Below, in pieces: positions 8,405 to 17,930 of a DNA stretch of 33,839 nt (position 1 is the stretch's first letter; the number at the start of each line of letters is the position of its first letter). This stretch comes from Candidatus Saccharibacteria bacterium RIFCSPHIGHO2_02_FULL_47_12 (GTDB lineage: Bacteria; Patescibacteriota; Saccharimonadia; Saccharimonadales; JANWIN01): positions 353 through 34,191 of the forward strand of contig MGCP01000036.1 in NCBI GenBank assembly GCA_001790455.1, given 5' to 3'. The position numbers were made by a program, and so were the translations under genes. The notes below the pieces were generated by a model. That model was not told where the DNA came from, did not search any database, and worked only from the letters and a program-made list of their open reading frames with translations.

Positions 8405-10168
8405 ATGTCGACACGCACTATCGAAATAGAAGACATGGCAACCGTCGGCACTTTAGCCGAAAAGCTTGATTTGCCAGTCTCGCAGCTCATCACTGAGCTC
8501 ATGAAAAATGGCGTAATGGCTACTGTAAATGAGAGAGTAGATTTTGACACTGCTCAGATTATAGTTAGCGAACTAAACCTAGACGTAGAGCTAAAAAAGC
8601 AAGTCTCTGAACCGTCCGCGTCCAAGCGGGAAAAACGCAAAGTTCATGAGAGCGGAGACACCCGTCCTCCGGTAGTGGCTATGATGGGGCATGTAGACCA
8701 CGGCAAGACCAGCTTGTTAGATGTAATACACGGCAAGGAAGTTACCAAAACCGAATCTGGCGGCATAACTCAGCATATAACCGCCTACCAAATAGTTCAC
8801 AACAAGCGCCCCATTACATTTTTGGACACTCCAGGTCACGCTGCCTTTGCGGCTATTCGCGAGCATGGGGCTTTGCTAACAGATTTAGTAGTTATTGTTG
8901 TAGCTGCAGATGACGGCGTAAAACCACAGACCGTAGAGGCTATACGCTTTGCTAAAAAAGCTGGTGTCAAAATTATCGTAGCCGTAAACAAGGTTGATAA
9001 ACCCGAGGCCGACGTCAATCGGGTCAAACAACAGCTAGCTGACCACGAAGTTTTGGTAGAAGGCTGGGGTGGCGACACTGTGGTGGTAGAGGTATCTGCC
9101 AAAGCAAAACAAGGAATAGATAATTTGCTAGACATGATTCTACTCTTAGCCGATGTAGAGGAGTTAAAGGCGCCAAAGTCAGGTCCGGCTGCCGGCCTTA
9201 TAATTGAATCGCATATGGTCACTGGCCGTGGTTCTGTAGCGGTAGTCTTGGTAGAGGAAGGCACCCTAAAAAAGGGTGATTTTGTAGTGGCGGGGTCGTC
9301 TTATGCCAAGATACGTAACCTAGAGACACCAGACGGAGATGTTTTAACAGAAGCAGGCCCCTCTACGCCGGTGGTCATAACCGGCTTTAAGTCTTTACCA
9401 GAGTTCGGCGATGAGTTTAAGCAGGTTAAAGACGAAAAGGTCGCACGTAGCCAAACTACAGAAGCCCAAAACGCTCAACAAGCGTCTTCTAGCAGGCAAA
9501 ACCTTGGTAGCAGCGAACTACTTCATATGATGAAAAGAATACAAGAGCTGGCAGAGCTAAACGTGATTGTTAAAGCCGATGTACAAGGCTCGCTAACCTC
9601 TGTCATAGACAGCCTTAAATCGCTTGGCACAGATGAGATTGCGGTTAGGGTAGTTGGATCTGGCATTGGCGCTGTTAGTGAGAGCGACGAACACATGGCG
9701 CAAACCAGTGGTGCAATAGTTTATGCATTTAGAGTGCCTATACCAGTTGGCACCAAACGATTGGCTGCCAGGGACCATGTGTCTATAAGGCACTATGATG
9801 TGATTTACGAACTGCTCGACGATGCTAAAGCCGGCATGAGCCTGCTACTGAGCCCTGAAATTAAAGAGACTGAACTGGGCAGGCTGATTGTACGTGGCAT
9901 ATTTAAATTGACCAAGACAGAAGTAATATGTGGTGGCGAGGTTACCAAAGGCAAGCTGAGTTTGCCTGCCCAGGCGCGTATTATGCGTGACAAAGAACAA
10001 GTGGCCGAAGTTGAAGTAGTGGCGCTTAAAAGGGGCCCTACAGATGTAACAGAAGTCAACGAGGGTGAAATGTGCGGACTTAGCTTTCATTCTAGTGCTC
10101 GAGTTGATTTGCAAGAGGGTGACCACGTAGAGCTCTTTAGGCGCGAAACGCTGCAGCGTAGTTTGTAG
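8405..10168 (+). CDS. infB: Translation initiation factor IF-2 (short form)
   Basis: RPPVVAMMGHVDHGKTSLLD, GGITQHI, DTPGHAAF, NKVD, KADVQGS. Confidence 0.98.
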   Translation: MSTRTIEIEDMATVGTLAEKLDLPVSQLITELMKNGVMATVNERVDFDTAQIIVSELNLDVELKKQVSEPSASKREKRKVHESGDTRPPVVAMMGHVDHGKTSLLDVIHGKEVTKTESGGITQHITAYQIVHNKRPITFLDTPGHAAFAAIREHGALLTDLVVIVVAADDGVKPQTVEAIRFAKKAGVKIIVAVNKVDKPEADVNRVKQQLADHEVLVEGWGGDTVVVEVSAKAKQGIDNLLDMILLLADVEELKAPKSGPAAGLIIESHMVTGRGSVAVVLVEEGTLKKGDFVVAGSSYAKIRNLETPDGDVLTEAGPSTPVVITGFKSLPEFGDEFKQVKDEKVARSQTTEAQNAQQASSSRQNLGSSELLHMMKRIQELAELNVIVKADVQGSLTSVIDSLKSLGTDEIAVRVVGSGIGAVSESDEHMAQTSGAIVYAFRVPIPVGTKRLAARDHVSIRHYDVIYELLDDAKAGMSLLLSPEIKETELGRLIVRGIFKLTKTEVICGGEVTKGKLSLPAQARIMRDKEQVAEVEVVALKRGPTDVTEVNEGEMCGLSFHSSARVDLQEGDHVELFRRETLQRSL

Positions 10169-10219
10169 ACTAGTGCACCCTTCAGAAAACCTATAAATTA
10201 TGGTATAATATCTCTTACT

Positions 10220-11455
10220 ATGCCGGAGTTTGCGGGTCCGCAACCATATAAGGAAAAAGACGAAGAAAAGCTGGACAAAAAAGGGCGTAAAAAACGCTCA
10301 TATGTAGCCAGCCCTTTAGATGCGCTTTTGAAACACTGGCGTGGCAGTGAGGCTGAAGCAGCAAACCAAGAAGCGGACAAAGAGCATGGACTCTGGAGGA
10401 AAGTGGTTAGCCTGTTTAAGAGGTCAAACCTAGAGATTATACCCCAGCCAGAACTAGTCTCAGACGCTGCAGAGGTATTAGAATATACCGATGCGTTTGA
10501 AACACACGAACCAAATGAACCAAGCGCAGAAATAGATAATACTGCTACCACTGTGCCCGAATCTTATACAGCCGCCGAAAAAACAGAAATCGATAGCGGC
10601 GAACTACTTATAGACCACAGTGAGGCAGAAGAAATACTACCGGTAGTAGAGGAAACCCAGGGAGAACAAATAATTGCCCCCGTAGATTTACCGGTTGAAT
10701 CTACTGCCGGGCAACAAAGACAGTCGGAAGCTCCCGAGTCCGTGGGTAGTATTGTAGAGCGCATGAGTGTTCGCCCAGAAACGGTTGCTAGTACAGCTCG
10801 TGCCCAAGAATACTTGCTAGAAAGGCAAGAAAAGCCGCTTAAGCGTGATGTAAGGCGCCTAAAATACCGCAATCGCCAGCAGTTTAATCGCCAGAAGGCT
10901 CTAGAGCGAAGGCAGAGAGAGCTAGAGAAACAATTAAAAGAAGGCCTGGAGCGCGAGGCTCTGGCCCATAATCTAGAAACGGTCCAAAGACCTTCGACGC
11001 CAACTATTGAACGCGCACCAGAAAGGAATATATCTCCGCCAACTCCCGTAGCGACCGAACTTCACCCCCTGCAGTTTAAAGAATTGATAGAGCACAAGCC
11101 TGAATCTGGCAAAGCAGAGGACGTTCTGGAGCGCGTAGAAATAGCCGCCAAAGAAAATGTTCCCATAGAGCAGCTATACGAACGTCGCCATGAAATAAAA
11201 GACGAATCTTCTAGCCTAACCTCTGGCACTAGGACTGGTATGGGAGGCGGCTCTGAACGCCTAGAAGCATCCAGTAAACGTTTGGCTAAGACCTTGGAAT
11301 CAGCTTCAATTGTAATGAAGGACATTGCCTCTGTGGTAAAACCTGACCAACTGACCCGTAACAACCCCGATCTTTACCAGCAGTCCATGAAGAGCGGTTT
11401 TTGGGCGGCCATAGTTATACTGGTACTTATTGTTTTAGCAAGTCTGATAAAATAG
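10220..11455 (+). CDS. Hypothetical acidic/coiled-coil protein with C-terminal TM anchor
   Basis: 411-aa ORF; TGnTATAAT upstream; C-terminal GFWAAIVILVLIVLASLIK. Confidence 0.75.
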   Translation: MPEFAGPQPYKEKDEEKLDKKGRKKRSYVASPLDALLKHWRGSEAEAANQEADKEHGLWRKVVSLFKRSNLEIIPQPELVSDAAEVLEYTDAFETHEPNEPSAEIDNTATTVPESYTAAEKTEIDSGELLIDHSEAEEILPVVEETQGEQIIAPVDLPVESTAGQQRQSEAPESVGSIVERMSVRPETVASTARAQEYLLERQEKPLKRDVRRLKYRNRQQFNRQKALERRQRELEKQLKEGLEREALAHNLETVQRPSTPTIERAPERNISPPTPVATELHPLQFKELIEHKPESGKAEDVLERVEIAAKENVPIEQLYERRHEIKDESSSLTSGTRTGMGGGSERLEASSKRLAKTLESASIVMKDIASVVKPDQLTRNNPDLYQQSMKSGFWAAIVILVLIVLASLIK

Positions 11456-11470
11456 CAGAAAAGGAGAGAT

Positions 11471-11806
11471 ATGTTTAAACTTGACGAAAATTTACTAAAA
11501 GAACTGGGTCTGGGTACTCTTCCGGCGGCCGAAAAAAACAAAATGCTGGGGCATATTTATGAAACGCTCGAAATGCGAGTGGGCATGAAGCTAGCAGAAC
11601 AGATGAGTAACGAACAGCTAGATGAGTTTGAGGCCTTTATAGACAAAAATGACGAAGCCGGAGCGTTGAAGTGGCTAGAGACCAATTTTCCCAATTATAA
11701 GCAGGTGGTTGCAGACGAGCTTGAGAGCCTAAAAGCAGAAATTAAACAGGCTGCTCCTCAGATTATTGCTGCCAGCCAGGCCGACCATGGACAGACTGCC
11801 ACCTAA
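11471..11806 (+). CDS. Conserved CPR hypothetical protein (DUF5663-like)
   Basis: LGL..LP..EK..ML.HIYETLEMRVG..L...MS.EQL.EF pattern; SD AAGGAG. Confidence 0.75.
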   Translation: MFKLDENLLKELGLGTLPAAEKNKMLGHIYETLEMRVGMKLAEQMSNEQLDEFEAFIDKNDEAGALKWLETNFPNYKQVVADELESLKAEIKQAAPQIIAASQADHGQTAT

Positions 11807-11873
11807 AAAGCCAGGTTGCAAGATGACAAAAACAGCAACTGTGACGAAATGAAGAGGCTAATAGAGGGATTGT

Positions 11874-12764
11874 CTATCTGATATTTTGCAGGTAGCCTCT
11901 TATAAATTCGGCACCTGTCATTTCGTTTTTGCCGGCTGGTTTGAGATGATCAACAACCAGCGAATCCTTACCCGTTCCTATCAGTAACTGCTTATCCCTA
12001 ATGCTAACATTACCTGGCTTATTGCTGTCTTCTACTACACGAGCCCCAAGAACAATCACTTCTTTACCAGCCAATTCTGTGCGACTGCCAGGCCAGCCTG
12101 CAAAGGCGCGAACTTCTCGTTCAATCTGTTCTGCTGGCTTGTTCCAGTCTATAATGCCATCTTCTTTAACAAGTTTGCGAGTATAAGTTGCGCGGTCCGG
12201 GTGGGGTTGGTTGCGCGGTTTGACCTTGCCGGAAACATACAGTGGCAAATACTCTGCTAGCAGCGAATTGCTCAGTTCCACTAGCTCTCTGGTAAGGCTT
12301 GGAGTAGTAGCATCTGGTTTGATGTGCAAGGTCTTTTGGGTAATCAACTTACCGGTGTCCATTTTTTCGTCAATAAGCATCAGGCTGACACCTGTTTTTT
12401 CGTGTCCTTCCAAAATGGCAAAGGTAATGGGGTCGGCTCCACGTAGCTTTGGTAACAGGGAAAAGTGGCTGTTTACAACACCAAGTTGAAAAGTATCTAT
12501 AACTTTTTTTGGCACAATCACACCGAAATCTACCAATATTCCCAACTTGCTTTGGAATTGCTGCTTGCCCATGAGTTCATCAAGCTCGGTGGCATTTTGA
12601 ACGGCAAACACCGCTAAATTGCCAACCAGTTCAGCCATTTCACCCTTGGTAGCAGGCTTAGTTACAATAGCCTCAACATCAAAGTGTTGCAAAATGAACT
12701 GGAGCGAGGCCTTGGCAACCGGCCCGCTACCAAAGAATAGGATTGGATTTGACATCTTTTTCAT
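11874..12764 (-). CDS. fmt: Methionyl-tRNA formyltransferase (start 12764 or 12755)
   Basis: NSHFSLLPKLRGADPI, KTGVSLM..DEKMDTG, IDW..PA..IER.VRAF..WPG. Confidence 0.96.
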   Translation of the reverse strand: MKKMSNPILFFGSGPVAKASLQFILQHFDVEAIVTKPATKGEMAELVGNLAVFAVQNATELDELMGKQQFQSKLGILVDFGVIVPKKVIDTFQLGVVNSHFSLLPKLRGADPITFAILEGHEKTGVSLMLIDEKMDTGKLITQKTLHIKPDATTPSLTRELVELSNSLLAEYLPLYVSGKVKPRNQPHPDRATYTRKLVKEDGIIDWNKPAEQIEREVRAFAGWPGSRTELAGKEVIVLGARVVEDSNKPGNVSIRDKQLLIGTGKDSLVVDHLKPAGKNEMTGAEFIRGYLQNIR

Positions 12765-13302
12765 AATCTAGCGATTCTAATTTACCATCTGCTTTTAGCC
12801 TAAAGAAAGCCTCTGGCTTGTCCTTTATGTGGTCTACAAAAACTATACCTTTGGTATGGTCGATCTCATGTTGAAATACTCGGGCTAAAAACCCCTCGGC
12901 GGTTACGCGGATCTGTTTGCCGTTTAGATCTTGCGCCTTAACCCGAACCTTATTGTATCTGGGTACCTGGCCATAAATATCTGGTACGCTTAGGCAACCC
13001 TCAAAGTCCTCCACAACCTCACCCTCGTACTTTGTAACTTCCGGATTTATAAAGACACTGAACGTTCGGTCGTCTTTGTTGTCAAAGTCATTACGAATTA
13101 CCACCACTTTAAATGGTTTATCTAGCTGAATAGCTGCCAGTGCTACACCAATCTCGTGATTACGACTATCTTCCCAGTCTAGGGTAGCGTCTTCCATGTC
13201 TTTTACCAGACCCTTGACCTCGTCTGTGACAATGCCAACTTTGCCTGAACGCTGCCTCAGATGTTTATTTGGCAGCGCAATAATGTCTTTTAGACTCGCC
13301 AT
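12727..13302 (-). CDS. def: Peptide deformylase
   Basis: GVALAAIQL, EGCLSV, QHEIDH motifs. Confidence 0.97.
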   Translation of the reverse strand: MASLKDIIALPNKHLRQRSGKVGIVTDEVKGLVKDMEDATLDWEDSRNHEIGVALAAIQLDKPFKVVVIRNDFDNKDDRTFSVFINPEVTKYEGEVVEDFEGCLSVPDIYGQVPRYNKVRVKAQDLNGKQIRVTAEGFLARVFQHEIDHTKGIVFVDHIKDKPEAFFRLKADGKLESLDYEKDVKSNPILW

Positions 13303-13328
13303 TACCCATCAGTATAACAGAGACAGGC

Positions 13329-15278
13329 CTACAATAAATTAATTGGATCAATGTCGTATTTACAACTTGCTGGCAGGCTGGCAATAATCTTTAAAAGCTC
13401 AGCTCTGTCTTTGGCCTTTATTACCAGCTGCCAGTGAAAGCTACCGCGCGATTTTTCATAAAAAGCCGGGCTGGGGCCAACAATTTGTATTTTGTAGTGA
13501 TCGGCCCCGAGCTTATGCCTTAGGTCTGTTGCGGCTAACTCTGCAGTCTTTTGGGTCTTTCTGGCTACAGATAATCGCAAGATGTGGTAAAACGGTGGAA
13601 AGCCAAACTTACGGCGCTGTTCGATCTCTGCCTCATAAAAAGCGCCCCAATCTTTTTTAATAGCCGCCTGTAGGGAAGGGCCAGCAGGTTGAAACGTCTG
13701 TATAACTGCGTGTCCGGGTTTGTGCCCGCGTCCTATGCGTCCAATAATCTGGTATAGCAACTGGTAGGTGCGCTCTTCGGCCGTAAAATCGGGAAATTGC
13801 AGGCTGCTATCTGCATTTATTACGCCAATTAGCGACAGATTGGGCAGATCCAAACCCTTGCCCAGCATCTGTGTGCCAACCAAAATGTCCACGTCACCCT
13901 TTACTATTGCCTCGTAGTGTTTCTCAAGCTTCTCTGTGGCGCTGTTGTCGGTGTCAAAGCGGCGTATAGTTGCCTTAGGAAACATGGACCCTAGGGCTTC
14001 CGCAATTGCTTTAGTGCCTGCGCTTTTAAATAAAATGTCTGTGCTGTTACACGAAGGGCAGCGAGTAGGCGTTGTTTGCTTGTAGCCGCACGTATGGCAG
14101 CGCAGCAGGTGGCTGTCGTGGTGATATGTAAGTGGTAGGTTACAGACTGGGCAAGTGGCTTGCCAGCCGCAGTTTTGACACAGCACCAATCTGGCACTGC
14201 CTCTGCGGTTGAGGAATACCAGCGCTTGCTCGTTTGAATTCAAAGTAGCTTGCAGAGCCTTCAATAGAGCGTCTGAAAGGTACGGGTGGCGCGTAAACGT
14301 TTTCCGATCTCGCAGATTTACAACTTCTATGTCAGGTTTTGGATGAGGACTGTCTATTGCCAATTTTTCCATGCGTAAGATTGGTATATTTTTGGCTATC
14401 GCAAAATAATACTCACCTACACCTGGGGTTGCGCTTCCGGTTATTAGTTTTGCTTTGTGTAGTTCAGCCAGTTTAGCCGCGACCCTCAGTGCATGGTAGT
14501 GAGGTGCCTGCTCTTGTTTGTATGATGGTTCGTGTGCCTCGTCTACTACTATTAGTCCAATGTTTTTCATTGGGCTAAACAGGGCAGAGCGTGGTCCAAT
14601 TACAACCTGTGGGCCTTTGTTTTGTAAGATTCCCGTCCATGTGTCACGCCGTGTGGCGGGCGCTAGATTGGAATGAAATACAGATACGGGTGCCTCTAAA
14701 GCGCCACTAAAAACCCCGGCAAGCTGGGGTACCAAACCAATCTCGGGTGTTAACACAAGCACAGACTTACCTTCGCTCATTGTTTGTTTGGCCAGCTCCA
14801 GGTAGATACGCGTCTTGCCGCTGCCAGTCTCGCCGTGGAGCAGCCATGAACTGCCGGATTTGGCTTGGCCTGCTATGGTTTTTAGCACAGTCTTTTGTTC
14901 GGTGGTTAGGTTGGGTAGGGGGTGAGGACGCTTGGCCCTGGACTTTACCGGTTCTGGCTCTTTTTTGGGTGTTTGCACCAAACTAGAGGGTAAAAACTGG
15001 CTGTTGATTGAACCAAGTGGAGCGGGGTAATAGTTGCGAATCCATTTGAGCAGGTCTAGTAGTGCTGGTGGTAGCGGATCGGGACTCACAACCCGGATGA
15101 TGCTCCTGGTCGCAAATTGCGGCTTGGTATCTTTGGACACAACAATCCCGGGAACTTCTTGTTTTTGCAGGGGTACAACCACAACACTACCAATGCTTAG
15201 CTGGTCAGACGAAGAATATGTTAGTGCGTCTTGTCCGTGGTAGCGCAAACTACTAGGTAGCACCTTGTAAAAACCCAT
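13329..15278 (-). CDS. priA: Primosomal protein N' (replication restart helicase)
   Basis: GETGSGKT, DEAH..SYKQ, LNRRG, four CxxC pairs, GTQM.GKGLD.P. Confidence 0.97.
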   Translation of the reverse strand: MGFYKVLPSSLRYHGQDALTYSSSDQLSIGSVVVVPLQKQEVPGIVVSKDTKPQFATRSIIRVVSPDPLPPALLDLLKWIRNYYPAPLGSINSQFLPSSLVQTPKKEPEPVKSRAKRPHPLPNLTTEQKTVLKTIAGQAKSGSSWLLHGETGSGKTRIYLELAKQTMSEGKSVLVLTPEIGLVPQLAGVFSGALEAPVSVFHSNLAPATRRDTWTGILQNKGPQVVIGPRSALFSPMKNIGLIVVDEAHEPSYKQEQAPHYHALRVAAKLAELHKAKLITGSATPGVGEYYFAIAKNIPILRMEKLAIDSPHPKPDIEVVNLRDRKTFTRHPYLSDALLKALQATLNSNEQALVFLNRRGSARLVLCQNCGWQATCPVCNLPLTYHHDSHLLRCHTCGYKQTTPTRCPSCNSTDILFKSAGTKAIAEALGSMFPKATIRRFDTDNSATEKLEKHYEAIVKGDVDILVGTQMLGKGLDLPNLSLIGVINADSSLQFPDFTAEERTYQLLYQIIGRIGRGHKPGHAVIQTFQPAGPSLQAAIKKDWGAFYEAEIEQRRKFGFPPFYHILRLSVARKTQKTAELAATDLRHKLGADHYKIQIVGPSPAFYEKSRGSFHWQLVIKAKDRAELLKIIASLPASCKYDIDPINLL

Positions 15279-15377
15279 AGTCCCTACATTATAACGACCA
15301 ATGCCATAAAAAAGTTGTCAACACGTAAAGTAGTCGCTATACTTTGATTTACGTTGTTCTAATAACAATATACGCTT

Positions 15378-15665
15378 ATGTTAGATGTGTTTATAACCTC
15401 CAGAGTGCGGCGCAAAATCATTGTGGTTTATGCAAAGTACCCAGATTTTAAGACCCACGTAAGGGGTCTGGCTAAGCTTATCAAAGAAGATGCAGGCAAT
15501 ATCCAGCGCGAGCTAAAGCGTTTAGAAAAGATCGGGTTTCTGATATCTGAAAAACAAGGTAACACCAAGATTTACCACACCAACAAACAGTTCCCAATTT
15601 TTAAAGAACTCCAAAGTATAGTGTTGAAGTCACAACGTCCCGGCCAACACAGACCGACTATTTAA
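15378..15665 (+). CDS. Stand-alone winged-helix (ArsR-like) DNA-binding protein
   Basis: HVRGLAKLIKEDAGNIQRELKRLEKIG HTH plus wing; promoter TTGTCA(15315)-17-TATACT(15338). Confidence 0.8.
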   Translation: MLDVFITSRVRRKIIVVYAKYPDFKTHVRGLAKLIKEDAGNIQRELKRLEKIGFLISEKQGNTKIYHTNKQFPIFKELQSIVLKSQRPGQHRPTI

Positions 15666-15711
15666 TAACTCAAGTTGCAGGCTTACCTCTGTTTTAGTAT
15701 AATCTTGTCTT

Positions 15712-15927
15712 ATGATACAAGTTACACGCAAGGATTCTAAAGAATCACTAGAAAATATGATTCGGCGCTTCAACCGCAAGGTTCAGCAGTCTGGTTTGCT
15801 CACAACTGCAAAAGGGCAGCAATACTTTGAGAAACCCATCAGCAAAACTGACAGGCGAAAAAAGGCCATCGTACGGCAAGAGCGCAGGGCCCTAAAGCTC
15901 AAAAAGATCAAACTCGGACAGAAGTAA
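15712..15927 (+). CDS. rpsU: 30S ribosomal protein bS21
   Basis: ESLENMIRRFNRKVQQSG..YFEKP; basic 71 aa; upstream of yqeY. Confidence 0.9.
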   Translation: MIQVTRKDSKESLENMIRRFNRKVQQSGLLTTAKGQQYFEKPISKTDRRKKAIVRQERRALKLKKIKLGQK

Positions 15928-16077
15928 GCATCTGCTGCTGCAACGCTACAGATAAAAACGTGGGGAACTATACTTCTCACTGTAACGTTGCACCTGAAAG
16001 AACTGAGCTGGGGTTGCTTTCCCTAAAAACGGAAATTTTTTATAACAGATAATTTTTGATACACTTCTTTTGAAATC

Positions 16078-16527
16078 ATGAGTTTAAAACAACAGATTGA
16101 CCAAGACCTAAAGCAGGCCATGTTGGCTGGTGACAAAATGCTTGTAACCACGCTGCGCGGCCTAAAGAGCGCTATTTTAAATGAAGAAGTGGCCAAGGGC
16201 GTTCGTGAAACCGGACTGCCCGACGATGACATTGTGAATTTATTTACAAAAGAGGCCAAAAAACGCCAAGAGAGTGCCGACTTGTTTAAACAGGGGGGCA
16301 ACGACGAAAAAGCCAGCCAAGAGCTGGCAGAAAAAGAAGTCATAAATAATTATCTGCCAGAACAGATGAGCGAAGAGGATCTGGCCAAGCTAGTTGACGT
16401 GGCTATAGCGAGCATGGGCAAGGATCCTGCCAAAATGGGGCAGATTATAGGTGCGGTCAAACAAAAAGCTGGCGCAGGCGCAGATGGCGCAGCCATTGCT
16501 AGCCTAGTAAAACAGAGGTTGCAATGA
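16078..16527 (+). CDS. yqeY: GatB/YqeY domain protein
   Basis: DLKQAMLA, KKRQESA..F, YLPEQMS, MGQIIG..ADG. Confidence 0.93.
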   Translation: MSLKQQIDQDLKQAMLAGDKMLVTTLRGLKSAILNEEVAKGVRETGLPDDDIVNLFTKEAKKRQESADLFKQGGNDEKASQELAEKEVINNYLPEQMSEEDLAKLVDVAIASMGKDPAKMGQIIGAVKQKAGAGADGAAIASLVKQRLQ

Positions 16528-17063
16528 TACTGCTCATAGGTGTAGCGGGAAGCGGCAAAAGCACTCAGGGCAAGATGCTAGCTGACCAAAAAGGTTACGC
16601 TTGGCTATCGACGGGCGAGATTTTGCGTGTATTAATTACAGGGAGCCGCCGCCAGGAGATGCTCGAGGGCAAGTTACTCACGGACGAAGAAGTGATTAAC
16701 GTAGTAGACAAGGTGCTGGAGCTGATTGATCCAAATGATGAATTTGTGCTGGATGGTTTTCCTCGCACCCTAAAACAGCTTGATTGGTTGCTAAAGCAGG
16801 AAAAGAGTGGCCGTTTTTCTCGCATACTGGTGTTTCACCTAACGGCTTCAGAAAAAGTCGTGCATGACCGGCTGCGCCAGCGAGGGAGGCTAGATGACAG
16901 CGAAGAAGCCATTGCAAAACGGTTTGACGAATACAGAGCTCTTACGCTGCCCATAATTCAAAAGTTAAAACAGGCAGGCACTACGGTGGTAGAAATAGAC
17001 GCAGGCAACAACCCAGAGGATATTCATAAACAGATCATGAAACAGATTAACGGGCCAAGGTAA
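16524..17063 (+). CDS. adk: Adenylate kinase (short LID type)
   Basis: GVAGSGKSTQ, STGEILR, LDGFPRT, RGRLDD. Confidence 0.88.
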   Translation: MILLIGVAGSGKSTQGKMLADQKGYAWLSTGEILRVLITGSRRQEMLEGKLLTDEEVINVVDKVLELIDPNDEFVLDGFPRTLKQLDWLLKQEKSGRFSRILVFHLTASEKVVHDRLRQRGRLDDSEEAIAKRFDEYRALTLPIIQKLKQAGTTVVEIDAGNNPEDIHKQIMKQINGPR

Positions 17064-17839
17064 TGGTCGAAACCCATACTTCACGGATGACTCGCATCAA
17101 ATCAGATGTAGACATACGGGCAATGAAAGAGGGCGGGCGCATGTTGGCAACCGTACTCGATCAGTTGGAGAAAAACCTAGCACCAGGCATGAACACCAAA
17201 GAACTGGCCAACCAAGCAGCAAAGGAGCTAAAGTCACTGGGCGGCAAGCCGGCCTTTTTAGGATACGAGGGTTACCCGGACGTTTTATGTGTATCTGTAA
17301 ACGACGAGGTGGTACACGGCATACCCAAGACCTCAAAGATTATTAAAGAAGGCGATATTGTGGGTTTGGACTTTGGTGTCTTGCATAAGGGGTTAATTAC
17401 TGACGGGGCCAGAAGTCTGATAGCCGGATCAAGTGCATCTAAGGCCGACAAGCAGCTGGTAGCGGCTACCAAACAAGCCCTAGATGCGGCCATAGACGCT
17501 GTTCGCGACGGGGCAAGGGTAGGAGATATTGCAGCGGCTGCGCAGGCCGTGCTCGAAAAACACGGTCTAGGTATTGTTAGGGATCTGGTAGGGCACGGTG
17601 TGGGTGACCATTTGCATGAAGAGCCAAATATACCCAACTTTGGTTCAAAAAATACTGGCCCTATGCTAAAGGCCGGCATGACAATCGCCATTGAACCCAT
17701 GGCTACGCTCGGTGGTTACCATGTTTTTATGGCCGAAGATGGTTGGACGGTTTGCACAAGGGACGGATCGCGTTCTGCCCACTTTGAACACACTGTTTTG
17801 GTTACCAGAGACGGAGCGGAAATACTAACCACGGCTTAG
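17063..17839 (+). CDS. map: Methionine aminopeptidase type I
   Basis: CVSVNDEVVHGIP, GHGVG..LHEEP, IAIEPM, SAHFEHT. Confidence 0.97.
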   Translation: MVETHTSRMTRIKSDVDIRAMKEGGRMLATVLDQLEKNLAPGMNTKELANQAAKELKSLGGKPAFLGYEGYPDVLCVSVNDEVVHGIPKTSKIIKEGDIVGLDFGVLHKGLITDGARSLIAGSSASKADKQLVAATKQALDAAIDAVRDGARVGDIAAAAQAVLEKHGLGIVRDLVGHGVGDHLHEEPNIPNFGSKNTGPMLKAGMTIAIEPMATLGGYHVFMAEDGWTVCTRDGSRSAHFEHTVLVTRDGAEILTTA

Positions 17840-17930
17840 CTCTACATTGGTCGCTTCTTCCTCGCACTGCACCTAAGCGCTAAGCGGTGAAAGGTTGGCA
17901 AATTCCAAGTGTAAGCGTTATACTTGCCTC

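Noticed and set aside
15993..16035. Hammerhead ribozyme-like CTGA...GAAA
   Set aside because: CUGANGA core does not match and the required stems are absent
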